DNA from: Spizellomyces punctatus DAOM BR117
Lineage: Eukaryota
Length of the DNA stretch: 64,000 nucleotides
Assembly: GCA_000182565.2 (NCBI GenBank)
Contig: KQ257451.1
Reading direction: 5' to 3' (one strand)
Program-made: the position numbers and the translations under genes
Notes under the pieces: generated by a model
Databases searched by the model: none
Seen by the model: the letters and a program-made list of their open reading frames with translations, nothing else
Told to the model about the DNA's origin: nothing
Shown: in pieces, positions 39,701 through 51,930 of the stretch
Position numbering within the stretch: position 1 is the first letter of the stretch
How the letters are laid out: each line of letters starts with the position of its first letter

Positions 39701-40674
39701 TCAAATCTTGGCCATTTCTTCAAGGGCTCGCTCTAATTGGGCTATCTGTAAGCCGAACTTCTCCATCTCTCTTGTTGACCGCTTTGTTTCGTTCCAAATG
39801 AAGGTTGGCGTCTCGTCACTAGATATTCGTCCCCGCCCGCTTTTGTCGACTGCAGAGAAGAACACGTTCTTCTCCTCCAGCGGTTTCATCACCTCAATTC
39901 GTCCCTCGTGTACCAATTTCAATTCCTCCCTAAGTCGTAGTTTTTCTGCATTCAACCGCCGCAAGTTAGCAGCTCCTTCTTTGACCTCCGTGCATTTTCG
40001 CTTTAATTGCACACACATGTCCTTAAGTCGAACATTCTCCCTTCGGATCCGATCTGCCTGGAGCGCAGAAGCTCTGGCTAAAATGCAAGCAAGTCTGTTA
40101 CTATGAGGTCAGTATGGTCGAGAACGGGTAACCCACCTTCGTTTACCAAATTTGAGATTCGCTTATTTAACGCATCCACACCACGTTCTTTCTCATTTAA
40201 CTGCGCTGCCAGCTGCTCTCGCGCCTCATAGCTCGCGCTTAATTTATCATTAAGGATGTCGCGATCATTTTCGAGATCGCTCATATTTCTGATTACTTCA
40301 CGGACTTTGTTTTCCAATATAGCGTTACGTTCTCGCTCTTCCTCAAGCTCTCGTCGTAAGGCATATTGTCGCTGCCGGGCCTTCTCCAATCGTGTGATCT
40401 GCTCAGTAAGATCAGCGACGAAGCTTTGCTGTGCGGCGCGGAGCGTAATGGAATTTGAAGTTGACTGGGCGAGGAGAGTGCTTATTTTCTAGTAAATCTG
40501 TAAGTTCGCGATACTGTGGCAAAAGGTTTTGTAGGCAACTTGCTACGAACCAGCAGCTCACCTACAAAGCACGGTGATCGGTCGCGTTAGACTGTGGACA
40601 TGCGTACGTCAAAGGAACTTATTACTTTTCAGACGACTATTCTCTTGAACGAGGAGATTCTCTTGAGTCTCCAT
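39701..40674 (-). CDS. Hypothetical coiled-coil protein
   Basis: ATG 40674 (METQENLLVQENSRLK), an 11-nt microexon at 40551-40561, then heptad-rich exons matching ORFs 40078-40389 and 39701-40018. Confidence 0.65.
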
Positions 40675-40822
40675 ATATAAAACGAAAATCAAAAAGGGAG
40701 AGTAACTATCAAGTTGTTCTCGTCGGGCACAGTGGCAGCTAAATGACAGCTGGGGCTTAGCCATTTATCTGCTGCGCAACAACGATTCCGCTGTTGTCGT
40801 TGTTCTGGCAATTCCTTTAGCG

Positions 40823-41719
40823 ATGGCGTTGAGCAGGTTCGACAGAAAGCTTGCGTATGTGCAAGCGGGCTCCGGTCTAGCATTTTCAACCTTCTCTTGT
40901 TTACATCTGGCTGGACATTTGTCCGCGAATATACGCTTTTCTCTGGCAGATTCTGCCCTAATCGCCTTCAGAGAATGTACGTTGTGTTGCCGCTCTCTGA
41001 GTTGTTCCACTATCGAGCTACAAGTGCCTTCTCGCTATTATAAGATTACCAGCACCCTTTTATAGAGCCTTTTCTTATCGGTGTCTCCCTCGTTGCACAC
41101 ATCGGCTCGAGTGTCGCCAGAGTCTACATCAGGCGTGCAGCCAAAGCTCAGAGAACAAGCAAGAAAGTTGTAATCGAGGAGAAAGCACAAGATGGTGGAG
41201 CAGCTGCCTGGCCGACCATGGCCACGGCCCTTCGTGAATTGAATTGGCATCGATACACCGGATATATCCTCACGAGTTTCATCGGCGTACATGTCTGGGC
41301 CACACGAATAACACCGTTAAAAAGTATGGTTTGGATGCCATTCTTAGGCCTACATTATCTAAAACATGCTTTACTGTCTAGTATTTCCCGATCCTTCAAT
41401 CGTAGATATGAGTTGGTTGACAAGCACTCTACGCAATGTACCTTTCCTCTTCCCGCCCTACTACTTTGCACTTGGAACAGCGGGCATCTATCATACTTTA
41501 TACGGTGTCCACCGAGCTCTTTGCACGCTGCAATTGCTCCCGCGTTCCCGGCGTATTGAACCCGGCAGGTGGACCGCCGTCATGTATGTTTCGGCCGCGC
41601 TTATGGTTTCCACCATTATGGCGATCGCGGGTGTTTATGAGACAGTTCCTATTCCGCTTGCCGCAAAATGGGAGCAGCTGGACAAAGCTATCATGGGTGT
41701 CTATTTGAAAAGCCTCTAA
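40823..41719 (+). CDS. MCP1/DUF1691-like multi-pass (mitochondrial) membrane protein
   Basis: VQAGSGLAFSTFSCLHL, FRE|YYQHPFIEPFLIG.SLVAHI.S, WHRYTGYIL..FIGVHV, YY...AGIYH.LYG: four His-bearing TM helices typical of this family. Confidence 0.75.
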
Positions 41720-41755
41720 CACGAAGCATCGGCCATAGATCTAAACTATTGACAT

Positions 41756-44721
41756 TTAATACACTCGTACACTATGTGCAGTTCGTGGGCTTTGTATGTT
41801 TTCCTCTTCCTCTGCTACGGTTGCCGGTGCCCGTACCACTAATTTGAAACCTGGAGCTTTCGCTGCAAGTGACCTCTGAACTGCCGGCGATGGCAGCTCA
41901 GCAGGCTTGAAGTCCTTCACTTCTGGAGCATCGATAGTTACCAGGTCTGCCTCTCCGGGTAACATTGTTGAGATTTCTTTTAATCTTCCATATTCTGACT
42001 GCAGTCCTTTGGCCACCTCCGCCAGCAGGCGATCACGCATTCGCAAGGCTCCCAGCCGCTCCATCTCTCTCTCTGCCTCTCGACGGTCTAATTTCGCATG
42101 CATACGTTCAAACTCGAGGCGGACTTTTCGTTCTGAATGGAGAGACTGCCGGATATCGTGTAAGGTAGTCTCGAGATGCTCTCGTTGGCCTGTTTCCTTT
42201 GAGAGCGTTTGCTTGGTGTCGGTCAGTTCTACTTCGAGCTTATCGACAAGCCTCTTGAGTTTCTTGGTCAACTTGTCCAGTCGCGCAACCTCTTCATGGG
42301 CGTCGTAGGAATCTTTGCTAAGCTTTGCGATTTGAGAGTCCTTCTCTTTGACAGTTGTACGGTGCTCCCTTTCAAGATTGCTGATAGTTCTGCTAAGTTC
42401 ATCCACTTTCACGAGAACGGACTCCAAGTGTGCACCGATGTCTTTTTTCTCCGTTGTCACCTGCTGCAGTTCGGCAGTAACACGTTCGTTTTCCACCTTG
42501 ATTACCTCCATTGCAGCCTGTGTGTGACGTTCTCGGGCTTCCATTTCCCCTTGTCGCTTCTGTATATCAGACTGTTTGCTTTCTAGATCAGCCTTTGTTG
42601 ATGTGATAGCCACGTATCTTTCTTCCAAGTCAGTATGCTCCTTTTCCAACGTCTGGTGTACTGAGCGGATTTCGGCGAGCTCCTTCCGTAACTGTGTTTC
42701 CACTGATGTGGCCTGCTCACGGTGCTGGGCGAATTCAACCTTGATTTCTGCCAATTCCTGCTCCCGCTGCTGCAGTTCAGAGCGGGTCAGTTTGAACTTC
42801 TCCGTCACCTGGCGCTTGTCATTGGCAAGATTGTTTTTCGCAAGATTGAGCTTTTCAATTTGTTCTTCGAGAAGTCCTGTCTTTTCTTCAGCTTGCCGCC
42901 TCACTTGAGCAATTTCGAAGTTTACCATATTCACATTCGCCGTCTCACGATCTAGGGAATTTTGGAGGTCCGTCACCTGAAACATGAGTTGTTCCTTTTG
43001 CTCCTGCAGTTTTTTGATGTCTTTAGCATCTTCAGCCCGCAAGTTTCCAAGTTCCTGAATTCTCGCTTCTCGACCTTGGATTTCTTTTTCGTGCTTCTGA
43101 GTCGCCACTCGGAAAGCAGATTCAAGTTGATCCTTCGCTCGCGTCACTCCCTTCAGAGCATTGGTTAACTTTTCATTATCGTTCTTGAGCTGTTTGACGG
43201 TAACATCGAGATCCTTCTTTTGCTCTTTTACAGCTTCCAAATCCTTTGTCAAGTTTGTGATCTTGACATCAAGATCGTATTTGGTATCTGTATGTATACG
43301 ATTCATCTCCCGTAGTTCTTCTTCAAGCTGGCGGTTTTGCATGCTTGATATGTCGTGGGCATGCTGTGTACGTTTAAGTTCGGCGGCAGTTTTGTCGAGT
43401 TCGGCCGTGAGTTTCACATTTTGCTCCTCGGAAGTACGTTTGCCTTCTCCTGTAAGGTTGAACTGCGTGACCAACTCTCCCAGCTCAAATTCGAGCTCGC
43501 GAATGCGATTCTGAGCCAACGTCAGATCCTTGGAAGTTGTCTCATAGTCACGCGCCAGCTTATCCAGATTTCGTTGAAGGATCTCATTTCGCCCCTGCGT
43601 CACCTCCGAACCCTTTTCTGCTTCTTTTCGCAAACGTGCCATGGTTTCGTTCATTTGCAAGAATTCTTTGAAAGATTCATGGAGCTTGCTTTTTGTTTCA
43701 AAAACCAGTTTCTCGGTTTCCGCAATCTTCTGATCTTTGTTTTTGAGCTCTTGTCGCAAGTTTTCAATCTCGACAGACAACTAGCAAAGCGGCAACGCAG
43801 GTTACGCATGGTGCAATTGGCTCTTCCGAGAAGTACACCCACCTTTCGCTTTCCTTCTTCTGAGTTAATTAGAAATGCCATTAATGATGACAATTCTGCT
43901 TTGAGATAGCGTATATCCTGCTGTAATCGTGCGCTTTCCACTGCCTGCCACTCTTCTGCGTACACGTAGTAATTCACTGCCTTTTTCAGTGCGATCCTGA
44001 GCTTTTCAACATCATTCTGCTCCTGCTTTTCCGACTGAGTCCGCTCGTAGAGTTGTTCACGCAACATATGAATTTCTTTATCTTTAGCATCTAAGGTCCG
44101 TTTGTACAATGCGCCAGAGAAGACACGGCCCGACTCGATGCCCCAGCCTCGTGGTCCCATACTGGTAAAGGTTGCTCGTGCATTCCCAGGGTGCTCTTGG
44201 GTTGCAGCGTACCGTTGCTCGACATAAGCCCATCGCTCTCGATCAATTTTTTCAGATACGTCTGTATATACAGTATTCTTGGGCTTGGTTGGGTCCTTTA
44301 CTATTCTAAAGTAAGGCGGTTCCGTGAGGCGTCGACCATCTTCTACCTCATCAATCTCATGGAGGGAGCCCATGATGGGTTGATCACCGTTTTTGGCCAG
44401 ACAATGTTCGAATGCCCCCAACAATGCATTTTGACACTCTTTACAGACTCGGAGGGATACAAGCAGCTGTGCACCGTGATCTTCATGTGGAGTATCGGCT
44501 ATCAAAGCAACATCTGAAGCCTTGGAGTCGCTTGCTGCAGACTGCGGGCGATTTGATACAGCCCCATCGCAAGAATGTGAACGTTTGTGGATTGGGGGCA
44601 AGGCTGGATGATGAGCGAGCCGACTTCGAGTTGCTCTGACCTCCAGTACCGTTGCTGGCCCATCTTCAAGGTCGCTATGTACATTTGTCGGCAAACCCAG
44701 TCGCGTGGCAACCTCGGCCAT
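41756..44721 (-). CDS. Large coiled-coil protein (roughly 970 aa); 5' end uncertain
   Basis: ORFs 43651-44727 and 41756-43780 join at an intron (GKRK|gtgggt...ctag|LSVEIE). About 650 aa of continuous heptads follow. An upstream exon near 44765-44850 is possible. Confidence 0.75.
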
Positions 44722-45047
44722 GCTCAACGGTTGCGAGAATGCGCCAGTGTCTTAAGCTGGGGCGTACCCAACAAATGGGCCGCGCAAGGAATTTCCTCCG
44801 CTGTCGGCGGGTATTGTTGTTGTTCTTTCGCGACCATACCGTCGGCCAAACAAGGATGAGCAGGTGGATTGAGGGTTTCGCCTGATCGGATATTTGCTTA
44901 CATAACCAGAGTGTCCAGATGGCTGGACGCGTTTCGATGTCTCGTTGTGCGCACTGGACCGTAATCGTTTCCAACACTCATCTTTCAATCCAGTTAGGCC
45001 ATATGCATTGATAGTACGCACACAGTTCTGCCGCATCACGGCTGATC

Positions 45048-47994
45048 ATGTTAACTCCACAGCCTCAATCTGCGTCGAAAGAGCTTTGCCGTCCCGCTCC
45101 GGATGAGGTTACCTCATCCAAGAAGACAGTGAACGGAATTAAACCAGTATCTAAGAGGCTACCTGCAAAATCCCCAAAATCATGGCTGTTTGGCCTGGGC
45201 AGACACAATACTAGTGCTGAAAAGATACTCAAACACGCTAGCAAGGATGACGGAGTGGGTGCTGCCAAACTGAGCTCGCCATCACCTCGCGCTGCCAGTG
45301 GAGCCGGCAAGCCTATGCGCTCTTTCACGGCGACCGCTCAAAGATCGTTCTCTGACCCCTGTAATGAAGCGGGTGGGAAATCTGGTGAAAGACGCCTGTC
45401 AAACCCGGTCACTCAACGACTTCAATCACCAACCGAAAGTAATTTGAAGCAGCTCAACAAACAAATCACCTGCCGTGTTCAAGCCAATGATGTGCGAAAT
45501 GGAAGTAAAAGATCACCGACATCATCGCGTAGATGCAGTGAGAGTAGTTCTGCGACATTGTCCCGCGACTCAAGCACGTCGTTCACAGTAATGATAGCTG
45601 ACCCGAGCACCGACAGATTTTCTTCGGCCGCACTCGACGCCTCAACTTTGGTCGATGCCGACGTACAACGTTCGTGCACGGTAGAGGATAGTAGTGATAG
45701 CCTCCGTGCTGAAGATGAGCAGGAAATGGAATTCGTCGTACAGAACGCGCGAAGTACTCTTCATGAGGACCGCGTGGAGGAGAACGTCGACCATGGGGAC
45801 GGCACACCCAGTGCAACAATCGATGGTCCCCTAGAAGACGTGGAGGTTTCTATGGAGTATTTGTCCCTCCTTGATGAAGGCAGTGAGTTGCGGTACGAAC
45901 ATTTAAGCAATTCAGTCAGTCTTGCCGCTCGCGATGAAACCGATTGTTCTGTGGAACAAGCTGCTCAGTCTTTTGGAAAGCTTTCAAGCCTGTCGGACTA
46001 TGTACCTCTGGAAGAAGATCCTACCACAGCAGATTCAAACATCATTCAGAAAGGCAATCTCGAACGCATTGATAAGAATCTCCAGTGTACCGTACCAAAT
46101 GAGGATGCTCAAGGCACCCCGCTTGAAGTCAGTCGTGCGCAGGAGGAAATTCTTTGGCTGCGACAACAATTAGCCATCTGTGAGATGTCCAGACAGCAAT
46201 CGGAGAAGGATCTAGAAACGTACCGGGAACGGTTGTCCTCGCTCGACGAGCGAGCCATGGACGAAGAACGCCAGTTGGCTTCCTACGAGCGGCGATTGTT
46301 GGAAGCAGACCATCGTATAAAGCACGCTGAGGAGGCTTCCGTGCTGCAGGTATGTACTGACCTTCTTGGTGGGCAGAGGGCATGAAACTTACCGATACAT
46401 TACATTAAAGGTCAAGGATCTGAAGGATCAGCTTAGCGCTTTGAATAATGAATATCAAGAGGTCCGGAATCAGCTGTTTGAATCGCACGATCGAGATCAA
46501 GGTGATGACAATCGCAAATAGTGTTAAATCTCGATCTTGAAGTTGACCATACTGTCGCTCTCAACTTGTAGTATTGAATGATAAAATGACGGCTATGCAG
46601 GAGAGTCTGGACCTTCTTCGTGAAGAAAAGGATGAAGTCTATCAGCTTTTGCAAGATGAAAAGGTCTGCTAGAGTTGACAGCTGGAAACGCAGGGGGTCT
46701 CTAACATTAAAGTTTGGTAGGCCAAAACATTTCGACATGAAGCAGACTTCCGCCTTTTTTCCCGAAAAATCCGTACTTTACAAGAACAAAACAGGTAAAT
46801 CGTATCTGTTGCACCTTTTTGCATGTAAATTATCTAAATTCCACATTAGCCAGCTACATCAAGAGGCAGAGCAGCTTCGAATTGAACTGCGGGTATAGCT
46901 AGGTTATATGGTTGCTTTGCCGCCTTTCATTCATTGACGCAGCACCTGTAGCGTATGCAATATGATGCGCCATCTCCTTCATCGCCGTCAATAGGCGATA
47001 ATTTCTACAAGGAACGCTTGGAGGAGGCTTTGCTTGATAATGAAGCTCTTCGGGTGAGAAGAGAAGATACCTGGTTCACTATTACATCATATTGATTAGC
47101 TGCTTTCAGGCATTGCTTGAAGAATTCAAGCGCGAGAATGACGCTCTTAAACTCCAGCTGACCAACACATCCATCGCTCCATCGTCAAATATCCAAGAAT
47201 CAACGAAAACTCTGGAAACATCCCCCATGGACCTGGCACGGTCCGCGAACATACACAGCCGTCTTTCTTCAGGTGCCCGTAGTCCTACTTTGCACCGTAT
47301 GCGGTCATTCCCGGCTTGGGAACGACAGACACCTACAACGACAACAGGAGATCGGAAAGCTTTCGTAGATAGGATGAGACAGTATGAAAGCGAGTTTTCA
47401 CCAACTAATGGCCGCGGTTGCACCCAGTTATCACCAGATAGTCCCTTTGCGAAGCATACAATGCCCGATATAATCGGTTCCCCCTCAACCTTTAAATCGA
47501 GTCCTGACCTCAAATCCACAAATGGTCGTTTGGAGGACAATCGTTCATCTCGCCGAGCGTCAATTGCCAGCACTTCAGAGTCCCCATTAATTCATAGAGA
47601 GTTGCAAAGTACCGCTGACACGAAGAAAGAGCCGTCAGTTGATTATTTGGAGTTGCGACATAAGCTCTCAGAAGATCTCAAGTCTTTGATGGATCACAAG
47701 GTAACTTACTTCGGCCACCTGAACGATGTGCCTCGGCGCTAACACAAAATTCTTTCCTTTTGTTTCCATGGAATCAGGCCAAGGTAAGCAACTTGTGACC
47801 ATGATAGCGTCCAATGGAAATTGACGTCATCCATATCTCGTTCCTAGCTGACATCCGAAATGAGCCGCATTCCTGCCAGCGGTGGTCTTGGCCGTGTTCG
47901 CCGACGTAAGGAAGAGTTGGATACCCAGTTAGATGAGGTCGACGGGCAGATCGGCACTGTGAAGAGAAGGATGCGAGAAATGGGAATGCTTTAG
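45048..47994 (+). CDS. Disordered/coiled-coil protein with MPHOSPH9-like C-terminal helical hairpin
   Basis: Long Ser-rich first exon, coiled-coil exons, a 6-nt microexon, and a last exon LTSEMSRIPASGGLGRVRRRKEELDTQLDEVDGQIGTVKRRMREMGML*. Confidence 0.7.
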
Positions 47995-48329
47995 ATTTTA
48001 ATAGTAATAACCGTTTGGCTTAGTGCAACATCGATTGCATCTTGCATCCAATTTCAACGAAAGTAAATGGAATTGTGGCGGGGGAGCCGGTTAGTCTCAT
48101 GATTGCTTGCTTCGGGAGAGTCGAGAATAAATAACAAGCGGGGGAAGAGCGAGAATGAGGATTTATATAGAAAATCGAGTGCAGCTGCAGAACAATCCAG
48201 GCGTCTTTCATTGATATCGCATTAACTTGTACAGGAAACTCACATTTGTAGTTTCCACACCGCTATGTAGAAACATGATTACCTAAGCTGCTTATCCTCC
48301 ACGATCTGGGATGGTGTTACACAAGATTA

Positions 48330-49055
48330 GTGTGGAGGTGATTGAAAATGGCACTAGGACCCATTATTATCCGGATTAATCCAGTTAATCATATCGCATA
48401 ATCAGCACCCCCATCTATCGCTCAAAACGGTGAGGCATGTTTTTTTTTAAACTGCGGTGAGGTGCATGCCAAAGGTCTATAAAAGGGGAACCTTCTGTCT
48501 CTTTCCCCTTTCCTCTTTACCCATCCTTGACTCACAAGCATCTGCCAATGCTCAACTCTCAAGTCCATCATGAGAATCCTGCTCTGGTGCCAAGGACCTC
48601 ATCCGCCTGACAAATACAACATAACCCCTCACAAACACTGCTACTACTATATTGCTACAATCACAGGTATGCATTATCTTTGTATTTTCCCATGTGTATT
48701 CCGAGTCTAATTCTGGTTTAATTAGTATCTGAACATCCTCCGACTAAAGAATTTCGGAATCAAGGGCTTAGTAGGATTTCTCTCGTGTGGTGGGCTTAGT
48801 TACCCGGTTAGAACAACCATAATGTATTGCATGTGTAATTGGGCCTAGTGGTAGTTAGTTAGTGGAATCGTGCTGCTTTGCACATACCCCAGTTCAACCC
48901 AGGCTGGAACCTGTAGCGAGTTAGGATAGGGGTGGGACTCGTTTGCAGGATAGGTTATGCAGGGTTGGACAGGCTGGCTAATTGTAAATTAGAACCGGCT
49001 GTAGTGGGTTGGAGGGAGAATTTGTCCCTAGTGACATTTTCTACCACCTGCACAC
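48330..49055. mobile_element. Non-autonomous DNA transposon (MITE), Tc1/mariner-like
   Basis: Left end GTGTGGAGGTGATTGAAAATGGCACTAGG matches the reverse complement of the right end, GTGTGCAGGTGGTAGAAAATGTCACTAGG, at 25/29 positions. TA on both flanks (48328-29, 49056-57). No long internal ORF. Confidence 0.8.
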
Positions 49056-49106
49056 TATGATATGATCAATGACGTTGGTAACGAGATCTTCTCCCACTTT
49101 GCATTC

Positions 49107-50849
49107 ATGTCTGTACATTTCAAAGCTGGATGGTTGGGACAAGGCTCCAATTGTACACAGCCAGATCAGCATGAGCTAGTAAGTCGAATATGGGCTTTAT
49201 CTTATCGGAAAGACCGCTGAGTTGTGGTGGCCAGGGTTGGAGCAATGTTGCCATTGCGTCGAGTCTAATAGTGGTAAATGGTATGAATGTATTTATATAT
49301 GTACTGCTATGGGCAGACGCACTGAGCAAACATGTAACTTAGGTGTCGTGTCCGTGCTATTCGGGCTGGGACTGGAAAAAACATTAATAATTTCGGCGAC
49401 AAGGTTTGCCTTTTACTAGCGCCAAAGCTTATTTACTACCTTTAAGTCGGAACACTAATTTTGCACATCCAATGAAGATGTCTGGTCCAACTGACTATAA
49501 TGGGATATGTTCTGAAGCCTGTGTTTGAGCACAATGATCCCCTCTTTGTTTTCGCCCTTGCCTGTATGTCCGTTGCTCTTTGACCTCTTGATTTGATATA
49601 TTACTGACCTAGTACCTTCTGGGTCACAGTAACCCTTATCTTAATATCCACAGTGGAGGTGCAGAGAGCTGCAAGCGTGCTTTAAGGAAGTGAATCCCGT
49701 AACGCTCAACAGTTGCAATAGATTGTGTACAACAAAAGCAAGCATCGACACGACTACATGTTTGCTACCGTATTGGCTGCCATGTTGTTTAGTGTCACTT
49801 TAACCTCTTTTATTGGTTGGTATGAGGCTCACAGTTATACTGAGTTTCTGCCACATGAGCTGATTTTCTTCATTTTGGTAGGCAATGCCTTTGCAATCCA
49901 GGCTGACCCTTGGTGGCTGCCACGCACATATATTCCAACTCTGGGCATGCTGTTGGGGAACTCTAGTAAGCTGAAATCCGCCTCTACCCTGTTGCCTTCC
50001 TCACTTCTTCCCGTCTCATCGTATTATGTATAGTGTCCGGCATGGCCTTGGGACTGAGCAGCGTGTTGGGACAGGCTGCCGATAATAAAGACCGGATAGA
50101 GCTTTATCTTTCATTTGGGGCGTCTCGATGGGAAGCAGGTACTTCTGGAGAGCCGATCAACGGTTTCGGTTTCGTTCATACTGACTGGGAACATAGCTCG
50201 ACCTGTCTGTGCAGAGGCAATAAAAACGGCCTTGCTACCAGTGTTAAACAACATGAGGTGCGGATTCATCGCGGTCATTGAACATACCCCTTTCTGCTGA
50301 CAAGTCACGGTTCTTAGCGTAATGGGGTTAATCTCGATACCAGGGTATGTGGAAAGACAGTCGCACTGAGAGTTGATGGCATTTGGTTCATTCGTCCTCC
50401 AATTCATTTAGAATGATGACAGGGCAAATACTGGGTAAGTTGAACTGTTCTAGTAGTAAGGGATAACGAACCTTACCCTTAAAATCTGTAGGTGGGGCCA
50501 AAATTGCGGACGCTGTTCGCTATCAACAGGTGACTTTCAGTCTGAGTGTTATCACATATAGTACGGTGTATTGACACAGTCTGTGCATGGTCATGACCTG
50601 CGACAGATTATCATGTTCATGATCAGCGCATCTTGCGCGATTGCGACAGTTATGGCGGTATTGAGTTGTGTCTTCATCATATTTGATGATCATTCACGAT
50701 TACGGATGGATCGCATATTGAAGGACGCGAAGAAAAGAAAGACGGCGACAAGGTTTTGGACGAATGTGATGAAGAGATTCAAAGGCCGTAATCAGGTGGA
50801 TCATGCAAATGGACAAAACGGCTCTGAAGCAGAGGCTCTTTTGCGTTGA
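49107..50849 (+). CDS. UPF0014 family ABC-type permease (FetB/YbbM; plant ALS3/STAR2-like)
   Basis: LGWSNVAIA, LGLEKTLIISATR|CLVQLTIMGYVL, YIPTLGMLLGNS|MSGMAL, IELYLSFGASRWEA, ALLPVLNNM|SVMGLISIPG|MMTGQIL|GGA...AVRYQQ|IIMFMI. Confidence 0.9.
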
Positions 50850-51930
50850 AGACATAATAAATCCAGTGATGGGCGTTAATAATAAGGTGTCCATTAAGGT
50901 ATCTATTACAGATGTCCATCAACTTCTGCAATCCTAGACAGGCATCTACCGTCTGGCAAATACCGTAAGTGGTAAGGAGAGATCTGTCCATGTATCTACT
51001 AGGCCATCACGAATAATCTGGGAATTTTGATGGGGTAATACACCCACCATCACGAGTATCTTGGTATCGAAGGTGCGAAAGCTTCGAAACCTCACAAGAG
51101 GAACAATGTTAGATCAAGTTCCCAGTCGAGGTAAATTGGAGCATCACAAAAGAAGCCTCTTTGACAGTTGAAAAGGCTGGTAGTCTAAGGTCGTTACTGT
51201 GGATACTGGGAGGACGTGGTGTTTTGGCGCCAACGACCTTGAGAACGCTTGCAAGGCGTTTTATAGGTCAACAGAAACTTGCAGATGTTACAAATGATAA
51301 ATGCGCACTGGGTTAGTTGCATGCATCTTGCAGTTGCGGCCATCACCATTTGGTCCTTTCTAATATGACCGAGTTGCTTGCCAATATGGCAACCACACGA
51401 ACATGGAGGACAAACTCGCCATTTATCAGCTGATATTGATGTTCAGTCCGATACGGCTGGAAGGTTCACTTCGTCCCCATCATTTACCAATGGCATCCCC
51501 GATATAGAGCAATTGCCAGAAACAACCAACCCAAATAAAACCTAACCAGCTGAAAGCAATCAGTAAGTCACCTTCAAATTCACCATAGTCATCCTCATCA
51601 CCACCTCCATCTTCATCCTGGTCGGTATCATAGTATCCGATGCGGGGTTTGCCATGGGTCGTTCTGCCTCATTTCCTGCCGCGACCACCAGCGTTGCAAT
51701 AATTTCCGTTCCTATCCTAACTCCTAAGGCTCTCACTGACTTGAACGTGTCCAAAAATCCTCCGATGATATCAACTTTATTTTTAGAAATAAGGATCATC
51801 GACACATTTGTTCCTTGGGGTATCATTTCTCTTCAACAGTGGCGGAAGTGAAATAAGACTACATTATTGCAAGAACAAGCTTTATTCCTCTACGATTGCT
51901 CTTTGGGGTGAATAATTCTGATTTCAAACC

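Noticed and set aside
41907-43909. Several 100-184 aa plus-strand ORFs
   Set aside because: Antisense shadows of the Glu/Lys-rich coiled-coil gene. The same applies to 10359-10868 and 15596-16132.
51480-51850. Acidic minus-strand fragment (YYDTDQDEDGGGDEDDYGEFEG) preceded by an in-frame TGA
   Set aside because: No start or splice model and no family match; no basis for calling selenocysteine or a pseudogene.
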